This document shows, piece by piece, positions 25,285 through 33,571 of a stretch of 39,373 nt of DNA. Each line of letters begins with the position of its first letter. Position 1 is the first letter of the stretch. Position numbers and translations under genes: made by a program. This DNA is from a virus. Its lineage: Duplodnaviria > Heunggongvirae > Uroviricota > Caudoviricetes. Under the pieces are notes generated by a model. The model did no database searches. It saw nothing but the letters and a program-made list of their open reading frames with translations, and was not told the DNA's origin. The DNA is taken from the IMG/VR virus record IMGVR_UViG_2534681996_000012; one strand, 5' to 3'.

Positions 25285-26109
25285 ATGTTCGAATCGTTCA
25301 AAGAGCTGTTTTTATCTACTGCCAATACTGCCGTGCATCGAGCTAAAAACCCTGTGCTTGGTGCTTTTGTTATGTCCTGGTGCGCCTTCAACTGGAAATC
25401 ACTTCTTTATCTATTTTTTAGCAAATCAAATATAATAGATAAAATTTCATACATCTCAGATAACAGCACATGGAAAACTGTTATGTTTTATCCATGCTTA
25501 TCTGTAATTACTATCTGCTGCCTATTACCATGGGTAAACAATATCATTAACGTATGGCAAGCAAAGCCTCTTGATAATAATGACTCAATCGAAAATCACC
25601 GGAAGGCAAGAAAAATACAACGTGAAACACGGCTACAGAGATTGCTGGCTAAAAAAGACATTACTTACGAAAAAGTAAAAACAGGCGCTGAAAAAAACAT
25701 TCAAGACATGAAAGAGGAAATAATTCTTTCAAAAGACAGAATGGGACAACTCACATCTGAATTGAAAGAGAGGGAGACAGAACTGCGCGCAGAACAAGCT
25801 CGTATTTTAGAATTATCTAAGGTTATTGATGAAACAACATCTAAACTAGAAAATCTAGAAAAAGCTCACAAAAATTTAAAAAACGAATATGAGTCCTATA
25901 AGAAAAACATTCCTTTGGCAACAAATAATACAATTGCTAATGGGCTTGTAGGTCTAAAATCATTACAAGACCTTAATGAGTCCGTAAAGAAACTTGGCGT
26001 TACTGGAATTAACAATCCAGAAATCAATACATTATTGAATAATCCTCTAGTAAATATAAATGGTGGTTTAAATTCCACCTATCAAAGAAAATTAAAAACA
26101 CAAAAGTAA
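25285..26109 (+). CDS. AT-rich accessory protein: two N-terminal TM helices plus long C-terminal coiled coil
   Basis: ATG 25285 with AAGGT 7 nt upstream (track start 25231 lies upstream of the predicted promoter); hydrophobic segments VLGAFVMSWCAFNWKSLLYLFF and VMFYPCLSVITICCLLPW; K/E-rich heptad-like C-half; stop 3 nt from the convergent terL stop. Confidence 0.55.
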   Translation: MFESFKELFLSTANTAVHRAKNPVLGAFVMSWCAFNWKSLLYLFFSKSNIIDKISYISDNSTWKTVMFYPCLSVITICCLLPWVNNIINVWQAKPLDNNDSIENHRKARKIQRETRLQRLLAKKDITYEKVKTGAEKNIQDMKEEIILSKDRMGQLTSELKERETELRAEQARILELSKVIDETTSKLENLEKAHKNLKNEYESYKKNIPLATNNTIANGLVGLKSLQDLNESVKKLGVTGINNPEINTLLNNPLVNINGGLNSTYQRKLKTQK

Positions 26110-26112
26110 AAA

Positions 26113-27582
26113 TCATTCAAATGGGTCATAGTCTGTTATAGCCCTGCCCTGCTGCTGCCGTGGGTCATTAGTTTTCTTGGCTACCGGGAAAGCAAACGTC
26201 AGCAGTAGCGCATCGCCTTTACCCGGCGAACGCCCAAGCCGCTCTTTGATATCTTCCTTCGGTTCGATAACGATTTTACCGTCCACACGAACTTTGTACT
26301 CTGCCGCCGACAGGTCATCCGCTGTTTCCTGGTCATCCAGCATCCCGCCGAGCCTCAGCCATGTCTTGCATGAGTTGAACATCTCCCCGCGCTTGTTAAG
26401 CATCTGCGGGTCAGTAGACGCGCCACCGAACGGAACAAGTTGCCATGTACGGCCCCAGCCATCACCGATTGACTTCAGACCGGTTCCGTAACCGAAGTCG
26501 ATGAACACCGCGTCAGCCTGATACTGGTCTTCAAAGTCAGCGATACGCTTCGCCATAATCAGATCGTCGGTGGTCTTGTTACCAGTCCATAGCACCTTAC
26601 TGTGCAGCCCCTGCCGCAGGTATATCACAGCGTCATCAACGCCGGAGTATGCCGGGTCAACGCCGATTATCACCGGAGCATGTGCCACCTGCGCAGCGGT
26701 GACCACCCGTTTCATTGCCTCGTCAGTAAGTCCGGTAGGGATAAACTGCAATTCAGATGCATCCGGGAATATGCCGCGCACACGGATTTTAACGAAGTCG
26801 CTGTCTTCCCCGTAGTCATCAACCCATTTCTGCAACTGCTGTTTGTTGGTGCCTTCCACCGTCCGGCTGTCAATCTGCGCAGTTTTCCAGCGGTGTTTAT
26901 ATTTGCGGAAACATTCGCGGAAACGCCCGGTGTTACGTGTAGGGTTTCCGAACGCCACCCAGATAATCTCAGTGTCTTCGTCCGTTAGCGCCCCCTCAGC
27001 AACTTCCCACACCAGATCCGCAATGTTCGACGCTTCATCGAATACCACGATGATGCGTTTGCGCTCGTTGTGTAGTCCGGCGAATGCCTCAGTGTTGTGC
27101 TCAGACCAGGGGATTGCGTCAGCTCGCCACCGCTTGTCGTGCCCAGGATCATTGCTGTACATCGCGGTAGCGGTACAGGTAAACCAGTCTTTCGTGATAG
27201 CAAGGTTCGACCACTTGATAATTTCCGGCCAGGTCTTCGTTCGTAGCTGGTTGTCGGTGTTGGCGGTCACCACGACCTTACAATCCTCGCAAGTGGACAT
27301 GCCCCAGTTGATCAGCATTGAGATGAATGCGGATTTACCAATACCGTGACCAGAAGCGCGTGCCAGCATAAGCGGCTGATAGCGCGTCTCTGGATTCTGC
27401 AGGTGATCACGTATCTCTCGGAACGCATCAGCCTGCCACTGACGTGGGCCGGTAGCATGTGCCAGTTCAGTCCCCTCTTCCCCCCACGGGAACGCATAGA
27501 GGGCATAGCCAAGCGGATCGTGAGTGAACCCTGCAATATCCTCGATCAACTGCTCTTCAGGAGATAACGCTGTATCTGTCAC
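26113..27582 (-). CDS. Terminase large subunit
   Basis: 489 aa; P-loop-like SGHGIGKS; C-terminal nuclease-like region VIIGVDPAYSGVDD; overlaps small-subunit gene by 4 nt. Confidence 0.9.
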   Translation of the reverse strand: MTDTALSPEEQLIEDIAGFTHDPLGYALYAFPWGEEGTELAHATGPRQWQADAFREIRDHLQNPETRYQPLMLARASGHGIGKSAFISMLINWGMSTCEDCKVVVTANTDNQLRTKTWPEIIKWSNLAITKDWFTCTATAMYSNDPGHDKRWRADAIPWSEHNTEAFAGLHNERKRIIVVFDEASNIADLVWEVAEGALTDEDTEIIWVAFGNPTRNTGRFRECFRKYKHRWKTAQIDSRTVEGTNKQQLQKWVDDYGEDSDFVKIRVRGIFPDASELQFIPTGLTDEAMKRVVTAAQVAHAPVIIGVDPAYSGVDDAVIYLRQGLHSKVLWTGNKTTDDLIMAKRIADFEDQYQADAVFIDFGYGTGLKSIGDGWGRTWQLVPFGGASTDPQMLNKRGEMFNSCKTWLRLGGMLDDQETADDLSAAEYKVRVDGKIVIEPKEDIKERLGRSPGKGDALLLTFAFPVAKKTNDPRQQQGRAITDYDPFE

Positions 27583-28172
27583 TGATTACCATCCTGACGT
27601 TCTTTGAGTCGCTTCCTGGCTGCTGCTATGCGATCAGCAATTGTCACATTCACATTAACATCCAGACGTTCTTTGAACGCGTTGACATCAACATGCTTAC
27701 CAATCAGCTCAAGGTTCTTCACCTTGTCAGGCCATTTAATTTTTTTGAGGATTGTCTCTATCGAATCCTCGTTCATGTTCATGATGGTCGATGACAGATC
27801 AAAGCCACTAAGCGTAGTGCGCCAGATTTTCGGCCACTCACGGATTGGTTTAAGGCTCCCATCGTCGTTGAGGATGTCGATCACGTCCATCTGGTCGATC
27901 TCCACCAGGCGCATGAGAACGTAATCAGCACTGACGCGCATTCGTTTGTTGCGCTCCTCCATCAACTCGGCAATCCGTTTTTGAATGCGTTCATCGCGCA
28001 TCATGACACTGGCTTTAACTGCCGCTGTATTTGGGGAGAATCCTGCGTTAATCGCTGCCTGAGTCTGGTTTTCAGGCGTTTTGATGTATGACTGGCAATA
28101 AGCCTCCTGCATTGCTGTTAGTGGCTTAAATTGCGTTGATTTGCGTTTATAGGTTTTAGGTTCAGCAGGCAT
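27579..28172 (-). CDS. Terminase small subunit
   Basis: Basic N-terminal region; ATG 28172 with GGTGG 5 nt upstream; track start 28253 is TTG and would place a terminator hairpin inside the ORF. Confidence 0.6.
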   Translation of the reverse strand: MPAEPKTYKRKSTQFKPLTAMQEAYCQSYIKTPENQTQAAINAGFSPNTAAVKASVMMRDERIQKRIAELMEERNKRMRVSADYVLMRLVEIDQMDVIDILNDDGSLKPIREWPKIWRTTLSGFDLSSTIMNMNEDSIETILKKIKWPDKVKNLELIGKHVDVNAFKERLDVNVNVTIADRIAAARKRLKERQDGNQ

Positions 28173-28182
28173 CATAACCACC

Positions 28183-28214
28183 GTGGTAATAGTTACCGTT
28201 GTGGTAATAGTACC
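28183..28214 (-). promoter_or_regulatory. Tandem direct repeats GTGGTAATAGT(T)ACC just upstream of the terS RBS
   Basis: Two copies 18 bp apart, each containing GGTAA-TAG-T(T)ACC; sit between a terminator and the first late gene. Confidence 0.4.
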
Positions 28215-28217
28215 ATG

Positions 28218-28244
28218 CAAAATAAAGCCGCCATAGTTGGCGGC
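28218..28244 (-). terminator. Intrinsic terminator upstream of the late (packaging) operon
   Basis: On the minus strand GCCGCCA-ACTA-TGGCGGC followed by TTTATTTT. Confidence 0.65.
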
Positions 28245-28285
28245 AGTATTCAAAACCCATCAAATTCATCATGCATAATCTACTC

Positions 28286-28297
28286 GTGACATGTCAC
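28286..28297. repeat. 12-bp perfect palindrome GTGACATGTCAC (copy 2), embedding the stop codon of the 28294-28635 gene
   Basis: Same palindrome as 8054-8065; TGA stop occupies the same positions within it. Confidence 0.7.
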
Positions 28298-28635
28298 ACT
28301 ATTAATTTCGTTTCATGCCAGCCTTTAGTCACCCAGCATTGCGAGTCACCATTACACGGGCATGAATTAACTGGAACTCTCTCGCCGCACTTACCGCAAC
28401 ATTTTCTGCTGATCGATTTTATACGCCCGCGCACGCGTGCATCATCCTGGCGGATCAGTAACGCTATATACTCACCAAATTCGTAAGGCGCACGCCCGGG
28501 GCGACGCGTGGCACAGTTACGCTCCAGCATTTCAATTTCCTGAGCATCAAGCACAATTTCCAGCTTACGCACACCAGATGCAGCTTGTCTGGCTCTCTGA
28601 GCGGCTTTGCGCTCTGCTGCTGATTTAGCCATCAA
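28294..28635 (-). CDS. Small basic protein with C-terminal Cys-rich zinc-finger-like motif; late regulator candidate
   Basis: CCGKCGERVPVNSCPCNGDSQCW; last early-region gene immediately upstream of the terminator and terS. Confidence 0.4.
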   Translation of the reverse strand: MMAKSAAERKAAQRARQAASGVRKLEIVLDAQEIEMLERNCATRRPGRAPYEFGEYIALLIRQDDARVRGRIKSISRKCCGKCGERVPVNSCPCNGDSQCWVTKGWHETKLIV

Positions 28636-28906
28636 TATTCACCTTTATCGCGTACACCTTTACCGGTTTATCGCCGAAGTGGGGATGTGTGATTGTCTTG
28701 ATTTCATATCCGTTATACGGGACGTCAATTCTGCGGCTGGAATCGTCGCGCTTCGGATATCCCTTTGTGATAATCAGGCGGTCATACTCCCGGAACATAA
28801 TTCGCTTATTCCAGTAGTCATTACACAGGCGATACTCTTCCGTTTTCTCTCCGCGAATCATGGCATCGAAGTATTCACCTTTGACGGCAAGTTGCAGGTT
28901 AGCCAC
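28625..28906 (-). CDS. Hypothetical protein
   Basis: 93-aa ORF in tightly packed minus-strand early-region array. Confidence 0.45.
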   Translation of the reverse strand: MANLQLAVKGEYFDAMIRGEKTEEYRLCNDYWNKRIMFREYDRLIITKGYPKRDDSSRRIDVPYNGYEIKTITHPHFGDKPVKVYAIKVNIDG

Positions 28907-29450
28907 GGTTAACCTCCTGCGGCGGTTCTGGTAGTGGTATCCAATTGATTACATCGCATTCAGGTATGCTGATATCATCACCAAGCCACCCTTGACCTTC
29001 AGACCAGCATTGCACGTAATACCCGTATTCTGTGTTCACTACGCACCACTGCCCGTCATCCGGCATTCGCTCACTACAACTTATCCAACCATCCGGAGTT
29101 ACCGGAGAGTTGCCAGACAACGCGTTCTGCAACCGTTCAAGCTTAACGTATTCCTGAACCCTGTTTCCGTCGCACGCTTGAATCCATTGCGCGGCCTTTT
29201 GCGCATCAGTGTGAAAGGCACAAGTGCGACCGTCATCAAATTGCATTTCGTAGAGGTCAGCAACCTGTTCAAACTGCGTGTGTGGCAACTTGTAAGTTTG
29301 GCTTACAGTCTCGACTTCCAGCGATGCCAGTGCAATTCGTGCCAGTTCCCTAAGATTTTCGCTATATGGTGAAGTATTATCACGATTGATTATGTGATTA
29401 GCTGTATCTATGAGAACTTGCTTTTGTTCTTCTCTGGTCATAGTGGTCAT
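28899..29450 (-). CDS. Hypothetical protein, DUF551-like C-terminus
   Basis: C-terminal NWIPLPEPP motif recalled from DUF551 phage proteins. Confidence 0.45.
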   Translation of the reverse strand: MTTMTREEQKQVLIDTANHIINRDNTSPYSENLRELARIALASLEVETVSQTYKLPHTQFEQVADLYEMQFDDGRTCAFHTDAQKAAQWIQACDGNRVQEYVKLERLQNALSGNSPVTPDGWISCSERMPDDGQWCVVNTEYGYYVQCWSEGQGWLGDDISIPECDVINWIPLPEPPQEVNRG

Positions 29451-29451
29451 A

Positions 29452-29751
29452 TCACATCACCCTGAAGCCGTTGCATTTACGTAAGAAATCGCAGATATAG
29501 CCCTTCATTTTTTCATGCCAATCTCGATCATTCCCATTGCACCAACCATCAGGTGGAGTCCAGTTTTCTATCAGAGCAACCATTTTCTTTGCTTTCGCCG
29601 GAGTAGCTGTTGCGGTATCGCAGTAATGACGAGTGTCAACCAACGCATCCATACCATCGATATCAAGTACGCAAAACCATGTGTGATTCGGCATTCCAAC
29701 AGATGGTATTTGTTGCCCACGTCGACGTTTATCAATAAGACATACAGTCAT
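29452..29751 (-). CDS. Hypothetical protein
   Basis: 99-aa ORF, overlapping starts/stops with neighbours. Confidence 0.4.
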   Translation of the reverse strand: MTVCLIDKRRRGQQIPSVGMPNHTWFCVLDIDGMDALVDTRHYCDTATATPAKAKKMVALIENWTPPDGWCNGNDRDWHEKMKGYICDFLRKCNGFRVM

Positions 29752-30293
29752 GGTTCCACCTTCTCTATTTGCTTAAGACCGTCTCTCACTGCATTAAGTA
29801 CGCGTTCCAGATACTGGTATTTCGGGTTTGGTGCCGTTGGCCAGTCGGCATACCACGGATCATCACCAAAGAGATTCAGCAGTTTGTTACCGACACCGAA
29901 ACAACAGCAGCTTTCTTTTACGTCATCGGCGTTTTCCGCCTCGTCCCACATTTCTCGAGCCTGTACCGCGTCGATTTCTCTCTCTCTTCGTAACTTTATG
30001 ATTTCTGACTTCACGAAAAGCAGATTTGCATCGTTGTCATCGTCGACCGTGCTTCGCAGTTGAGGGTCGAAATAGCCGATTAGATACTCGTTGCTGACCC
30101 GCTTAATGAACGTCTGCACATCATCACCGCCCATAGCAAACCAAGCCGCAGTCCACGCTTTTCCGTAGCAGGTGATGGTGATTCTTCCCTTACCAGGTTC
30201 GTAGTTTTCAATCATCACTCTAACCGGATCTAGTCGCTCTGCACCGGTTATAACGAATGACAACACATCAATCTTTTCAACCGTTACACTCAC
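29748..30293 (-). CDS. Hypothetical protein
   Basis: 181-aa ORF in nin-like region. Confidence 0.45.
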   Translation of the reverse strand: MSVTVEKIDVLSFVITGAERLDPVRVMIENYEPGKGRITITCYGKAWTAAWFAMGGDDVQTFIKRVSNEYLIGYFDPQLRSTVDDDNDANLLFVKSEIIKLRREREIDAVQAREMWDEAENADDVKESCCCFGVGNKLLNLFGDDPWYADWPTAPNPKYQYLERVLNAVRDGLKQIEKVEP

Positions 30294-30817
30294 TGGTTGC
30301 CTCCTTTGCGAAGCTCAGCGGCGAAGGCTACTGCGTGATCATGATGTTCAAGTGTGTATGCACACTCCGCAAACATCTCCACGCCCTGCGCTCGTACTTC
30401 AGCCAGGAAAGCATCGGTGGCTGGAATGGGCTTTTGTGGTGATATAGCAATGCGAATTGTCTCAAGGTCTGGATCTGTTTCCGCTGCTGGCACCTTGATA
30501 TAACCCATCTGCACCCCATTCATGATGAACCTGCGACGGTCATCACATATCGCCTTAAGCCCCGCATTCTCCGCTGCCAGCGCCGAAAACTTCTCGTGTG
30601 CCAACTTAACAGCCGCATCAGCCTGCTTAATTGATTCAATCGCTTTCTGGTGGTCTTCGGCCAGCGCATTAGCACGCACCAGTTGCACTTCCAGTTGCGT
30701 TGCCAAATCGCTGAGCAGCTTTGCCACACTACGCATATCAACGGCACCACATTCAGCTTTCAGTTCCGAAGCCATCTCATGCCCGGCGGAAACTAACCCT
30801 TTGATATTACTTTCCAT
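30290..30817 (-). CDS. Hypothetical protein
   Basis: 175-aa ORF in nin-like region. Confidence 0.45.
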   Translation of the reverse strand: MESNIKGLVSAGHEMASELKAECGAVDMRSVAKLLSDLATQLEVQLVRANALAEDHQKAIESIKQADAAVKLAHEKFSALAAENAGLKAICDDRRRFIMNGVQMGYIKVPAAETDPDLETIRIAISPQKPIPATDAFLAEVRAQGVEMFAECAYTLEHHDHAVAFAAELRKGGNQ

Positions 30818-30878
30818 CTTTACCCTCGCTTATCCACATAACTTATTGATTACATTGATAACTAAAAAGATCGTCGAT

Positions 30879-31223
30879 TCAGAACTCTTCGATGTTCCAG
30901 CCACCACCTGCTTTCTTTGGTTTAACCGTTACCCCGATGATTCGGAACGGATACTGATCTGCGGCGACTTTGGTTTTCACCCTGGCGTCGTCGGTCCAGA
31001 AACCTTTCACTTCGTGCAGTTCCATCTCGCCGGTGGCGAGCATCACAGCAAAATCGGGCGTATAGAACGTGTTGTCAGCTAACCGCAGCTTGATACCCTC
31101 AAATCGATACCAGGCTATTTCCCCTGCACGTTTACGCAGCTCAAGGTGCTGGCAATACGCAGATTCTGTTTTGTTCATCTGGCCTGTTTTGAGTCGACCA
31201 AGAGCCTGTATCTGTTTTCTCAT
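30879..31223 (-). CDS. Hypothetical protein, DUF1064-like
   Basis: 114 aa; YTPDF motif; RBS overlapped by operator-like palindrome. Confidence 0.4.
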   Translation of the reverse strand: MRKQIQALGRLKTGQMNKTESAYCQHLELRKRAGEIAWYRFEGIKLRLADNTFYTPDFAVMLATGEMELHEVKGFWTDDARVKTKVAADQYPFRIIGVTVKPKKAGGGWNIEEF

Positions 31224-31226
31224 GAT

Positions 31227-31241
31227 TTACCCCTGAGGTAA
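31227..31241. promoter_or_regulatory. Operator-like palindrome TTACC-CCTGA-GGTAA overlapping the RBS of the 30879-31223 gene
   Basis: Perfect half-sites; imperfect copy TTATC-TAACA-GGTAA at 31289-31303. Confidence 0.5.
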
Positions 31242-31340
31242 TTAAAAACCACATAAGACACGAAATCAATAGATTTTAGAATACTTTATTATCTAACAGG
31301 TAATTATCGAAACGTAAAAAAATGCGCTATCGCGCTGGTA

Positions 31341-32141
31341 TTACTTGATAAATCCTGCCGCCTTTCCTCGCCTGTATTCCTCCATCAGCCACTGCGCCGG
31401 TGTTATTCCCCCAAGGGTGGCGGCGTTAGGCATGCACCCGAAACTTCGCCCTGGTGGATGGTAAACGTCTCTCCCTGTGTCCGGAGGCGTACTCATGGGT
31501 TCTGGCTTTGCCTGTATGCTGATCACCGGATCGGGTATCTGCTGTCCGGAAGCCACCTTTTTCGCCCAATCATCGAGCAGCCTGCGCGCGTGTTTCTCAA
31601 CCTCTATCTCGCTAAGCTGGCGCTGATACATTGCACGGCGGGTATCACATACGACCCAGTACATAACCGGATGCCGCCACGGGAATCTTTCGGGACCACC
31701 AGGATATAAACTTTTTTCCTTGCTGTACCGGTGAAACTCCGTCATCACATCGTCAATGGTGACGCCAAGAACCATCTTGCTGTCTTTGCACCACTTGATG
31801 AATTGCCCTGGCGACGGCCAGAACGGAGAATCACTGGCGCGGGCGTGGCGCATACCAGCAGAAACCTGTTCACGGGTTCGGATCCCCCCTTCGGCAAACG
31901 CAGCAATCCACTGCTGTTTTGCAGCAACTTCCTGCTCTGGCGTCTTCAGGTTGGTTACCACTGCCGCCGGAAACAGTTGTTTCAACTGTTTGAAAAGGGC
32001 ATCAACAAGCCTCTCTGCTGACATGTTCACTACGTTGTCATTGTTGACGTACTGATGCTCATAACCTGACATGCGAGAAAGGGCTTCTCCGTCACGGTTT
32101 TGTATTGCGGTAAAAACGTTGTTCACAAGAAATCCTCCCAT
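31341..32141 (-). CDS. Replication protein, lambda P-like (helicase loader)
   Basis: QWIAAFAEGGIRTREQVSAGMRHARASDSPFWPSPGQFIKWC parallels lambda P QWVLAFRENGITTMEQVNAGMRVARRQNRPFLPSPGQFVAWC; start may be GTG 32126. Confidence 0.75.
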   Translation of the reverse strand: MGGFLVNNVFTAIQNRDGEALSRMSGYEHQYVNNDNVVNMSAERLVDALFKQLKQLFPAAVVTNLKTPEQEVAAKQQWIAAFAEGGIRTREQVSAGMRHARASDSPFWPSPGQFIKWCKDSKMVLGVTIDDVMTEFHRYSKEKSLYPGGPERFPWRHPVMYWVVCDTRRAMYQRQLSEIEVEKHARRLLDDWAKKVASGQQIPDPVISIQAKPEPMSTPPDTGRDVYHPPGRSFGCMPNAATLGGITPAQWLMEEYRRGKAAGFIK

Positions 32142-32938
32142 GCTTCAGGGCTGTTCCAGTGCGGAACGTTGTTATCAGGTAATGTTGATTGCTTCTGTCT
32201 GCTAATCTGCAGCCGCCTTGCCAGCTTCTGCTCCCACTGCGCCTGATGGTATGCCTTACCCTCAGCCATCCAGTAAATTCTGAACTCTGCAAGTTCCTGT
32301 GCCGTTGGCAGACTGTCCAGGTAGATCCCCTGCAATGAGCTTTTCCGAAGAAAGTCATCTGATGGTTGCCATTGTTCATGCATGACAAATTTGCCTAATT
32401 GCCCTGGCCCACCAGGAGGAACAAAGTTATTCATCACGGCGTTGTTTGCGCCGGGGTCATGAGGCACAGAATCCCCGGTTTTTGTCCTGCTCTCCCTCTC
32501 TTGGTTAAATGACTGGTTATATGACTGGTTCTGGATCCCGTTTTTGGGATCATTCAACATCCCGTTTTTGGGATCATTCAACATCCCGTTTTTGGGTATA
32601 TTCCCGTTTTCGGTAACATTACCGTTTTCGGGTTCATTGCCCCCCTCCCGGTTGCCTTTAATGTTCCCGTTTTTGGTTATATTAAGAGAGAAAACCCGCA
32701 CTCTTTTTGTCGCTCCCTTTCTCTCTCCGGTATCTGAAATAAGCCCCATTTTCATGAGCGATATAAGCCCGGCCTGCACGGTTTTTTTATTCAGGCAAGT
32801 GTCTTTAACGAGGCGTTCTATGCTGGGGTAGCAGAGGTTATATTCATCGGCTCTGTCAGCCATCGAGAGCAGTATGAGCTTTAATGATGAGCTACCTGGA
32901 TCTGTCTCCCAGGCCCAATCTGTTGCATGTCTGCTCAT
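32123..32938 (-). CDS. Replication initiator, lambda O-like, with internal origin iterons
   Basis: GGAG RBS; N-terminal HTH-like region; Asn/Gly/Pro-rich repeats encoded by DNA iterons; directly upstream of P-like gene. Confidence 0.7.
   Translation of the reverse strand: MSRHATDWAWETDPGSSSLKLILLSMADRADEYNLCYPSIERLVKDTCLNKKTVQAGLISLMKMGLISDTGERKGATKRVRVFSLNITKNGNIKGNREGGNEPENGNVTENGNIPKNGMLNDPKNGMLNDPKNGIQNQSYNQSFNQERESRTKTGDSVPHDPGANNAVMNNFVPPGGPGQLGKFVMHEQWQPSDDFLRKSSLQGIYLDSLPTAQELAEFRIYWMAEGKAYHQAQWEQKLARRLQISRQKQSTLPDNNVPHWNSPEAWEDFL
32537..32676. repeat. Origin-like iterons (six copies of CCCGTTTT(T)(C)GG) inside the O-like gene
   Basis: Two perfect 24-bp tandem copies CCCGTTTTTGGGATCATTCAACAT at 32537 and 32561, then shorter copies at 32585, 32603, 32622, 32666. 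Confidence 0.7.
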
Positions 32939-32953
32939 GATTAATCTCCGCTA

Positions 32954-33154
32954 TCAGCTTGAATGTTGTGGGGAGGAATTAATCATGATCTGCTTAATCT
33001 CAGCCCTGATGCGACGGTTTGATTCCATGGTGCACTCAACACAGTGTCCGTTGTAAACCCAACGTTCACTGTCATGTCCGTGCTTACATGGTTTTCCGGT
33101 GTAGTAGCGTTTAAGTCCGCGCTTTGCGGCATCAATACGTGTAATGATTTCCAT
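32954..33154 (-). CDS. Small Cys/His-rich protein (zinc-ribbon-like), start uncertain
   Basis: GKPCKHGH...HCVEC motif; candidate ATGs at 33154 and 33190; track start 33217 would include a terminator hairpin. Confidence 0.35.
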   Translation of the reverse strand: MEIITRIDAAKRGLKRYYTGKPCKHGHDSERWVYNGHCVECTMESNRRIRAEIKQIMINSSPQHSS

Positions 33155-33203
33155 GGTAAGCCCTGTTATTAGCATTGGGATTACGGTCATTTTGTGCTGA
33201 CAC

Positions 33204-33234
33204 AAAAAAAAGATCAACCAGATTTGGTTTTTTA
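33204..33234. terminator. Terminator-like hairpin with T/A tracts on both sides, downstream of the Cro-like gene
   Basis: AACCA-GATT-TGGTT flanked by A8 upstream and T5 downstream; operator variant TTACC-TTTGA-GGTGC follows at 33235-33249. Confidence 0.5.
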
Positions 33235-33304
33235 TTACCTTTGAGGTGCGAATAGATATGAAAAGACCGCCGGGTGGCGGTCTACAGAGGGTTGTGGCTG
33301 GATA

Positions 33305-33535
33305 TCATGAGTAGAAGAAGTATGCCAGTTCTGCTTTTGAGCGCAGCCATTGTCTTGTTTTACAGGCTTTAAAAAGCCCATTCATCAATACTTTACCTGG
33401 CATTTTGCGCTTACCTGTTAAGTGAGTCTGGATATAGTGACTCGTCGTTCCGGCTTCCTGTGCGAAGGCTTCACGCTCATCCGGAGTAAGTGCAAGCCAG
33501 TGCTTTTTGAAATCGAAATGTCCGTTATCGCTCAT
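33305..33535 (-). CDS. Cro-like HTH regulator
   Basis: 76 aa, divergent from the repressor gene across an operator-bearing intergenic region; HTH-like segment EREAFAQEAGTTSHYIQTHLTG. Confidence 0.5.
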   Translation of the reverse strand: MSDNGHFDFKKHWLALTPDEREAFAQEAGTTSHYIQTHLTGKRKMPGKVLMNGLFKACKTRQWLRSKAELAYFFYS

Positions 33536-33571
33536 AGCTATTGCCTGATATTTATTTCAGATAATAAATAT

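Noticed and set aside
28173-28253. TTG-start extension of the small terminase ORF
   Set aside because: Would put an intrinsic terminator hairpin and tandem repeats inside the coding sequence; ATG 28172 has a GGTGG RBS
32537-32676. Tandem repeats as a possible CRISPR array
   Set aside because: Repeats are 11-24 bp iterons lying in-frame inside the O-like gene with no spacers and no cas genes
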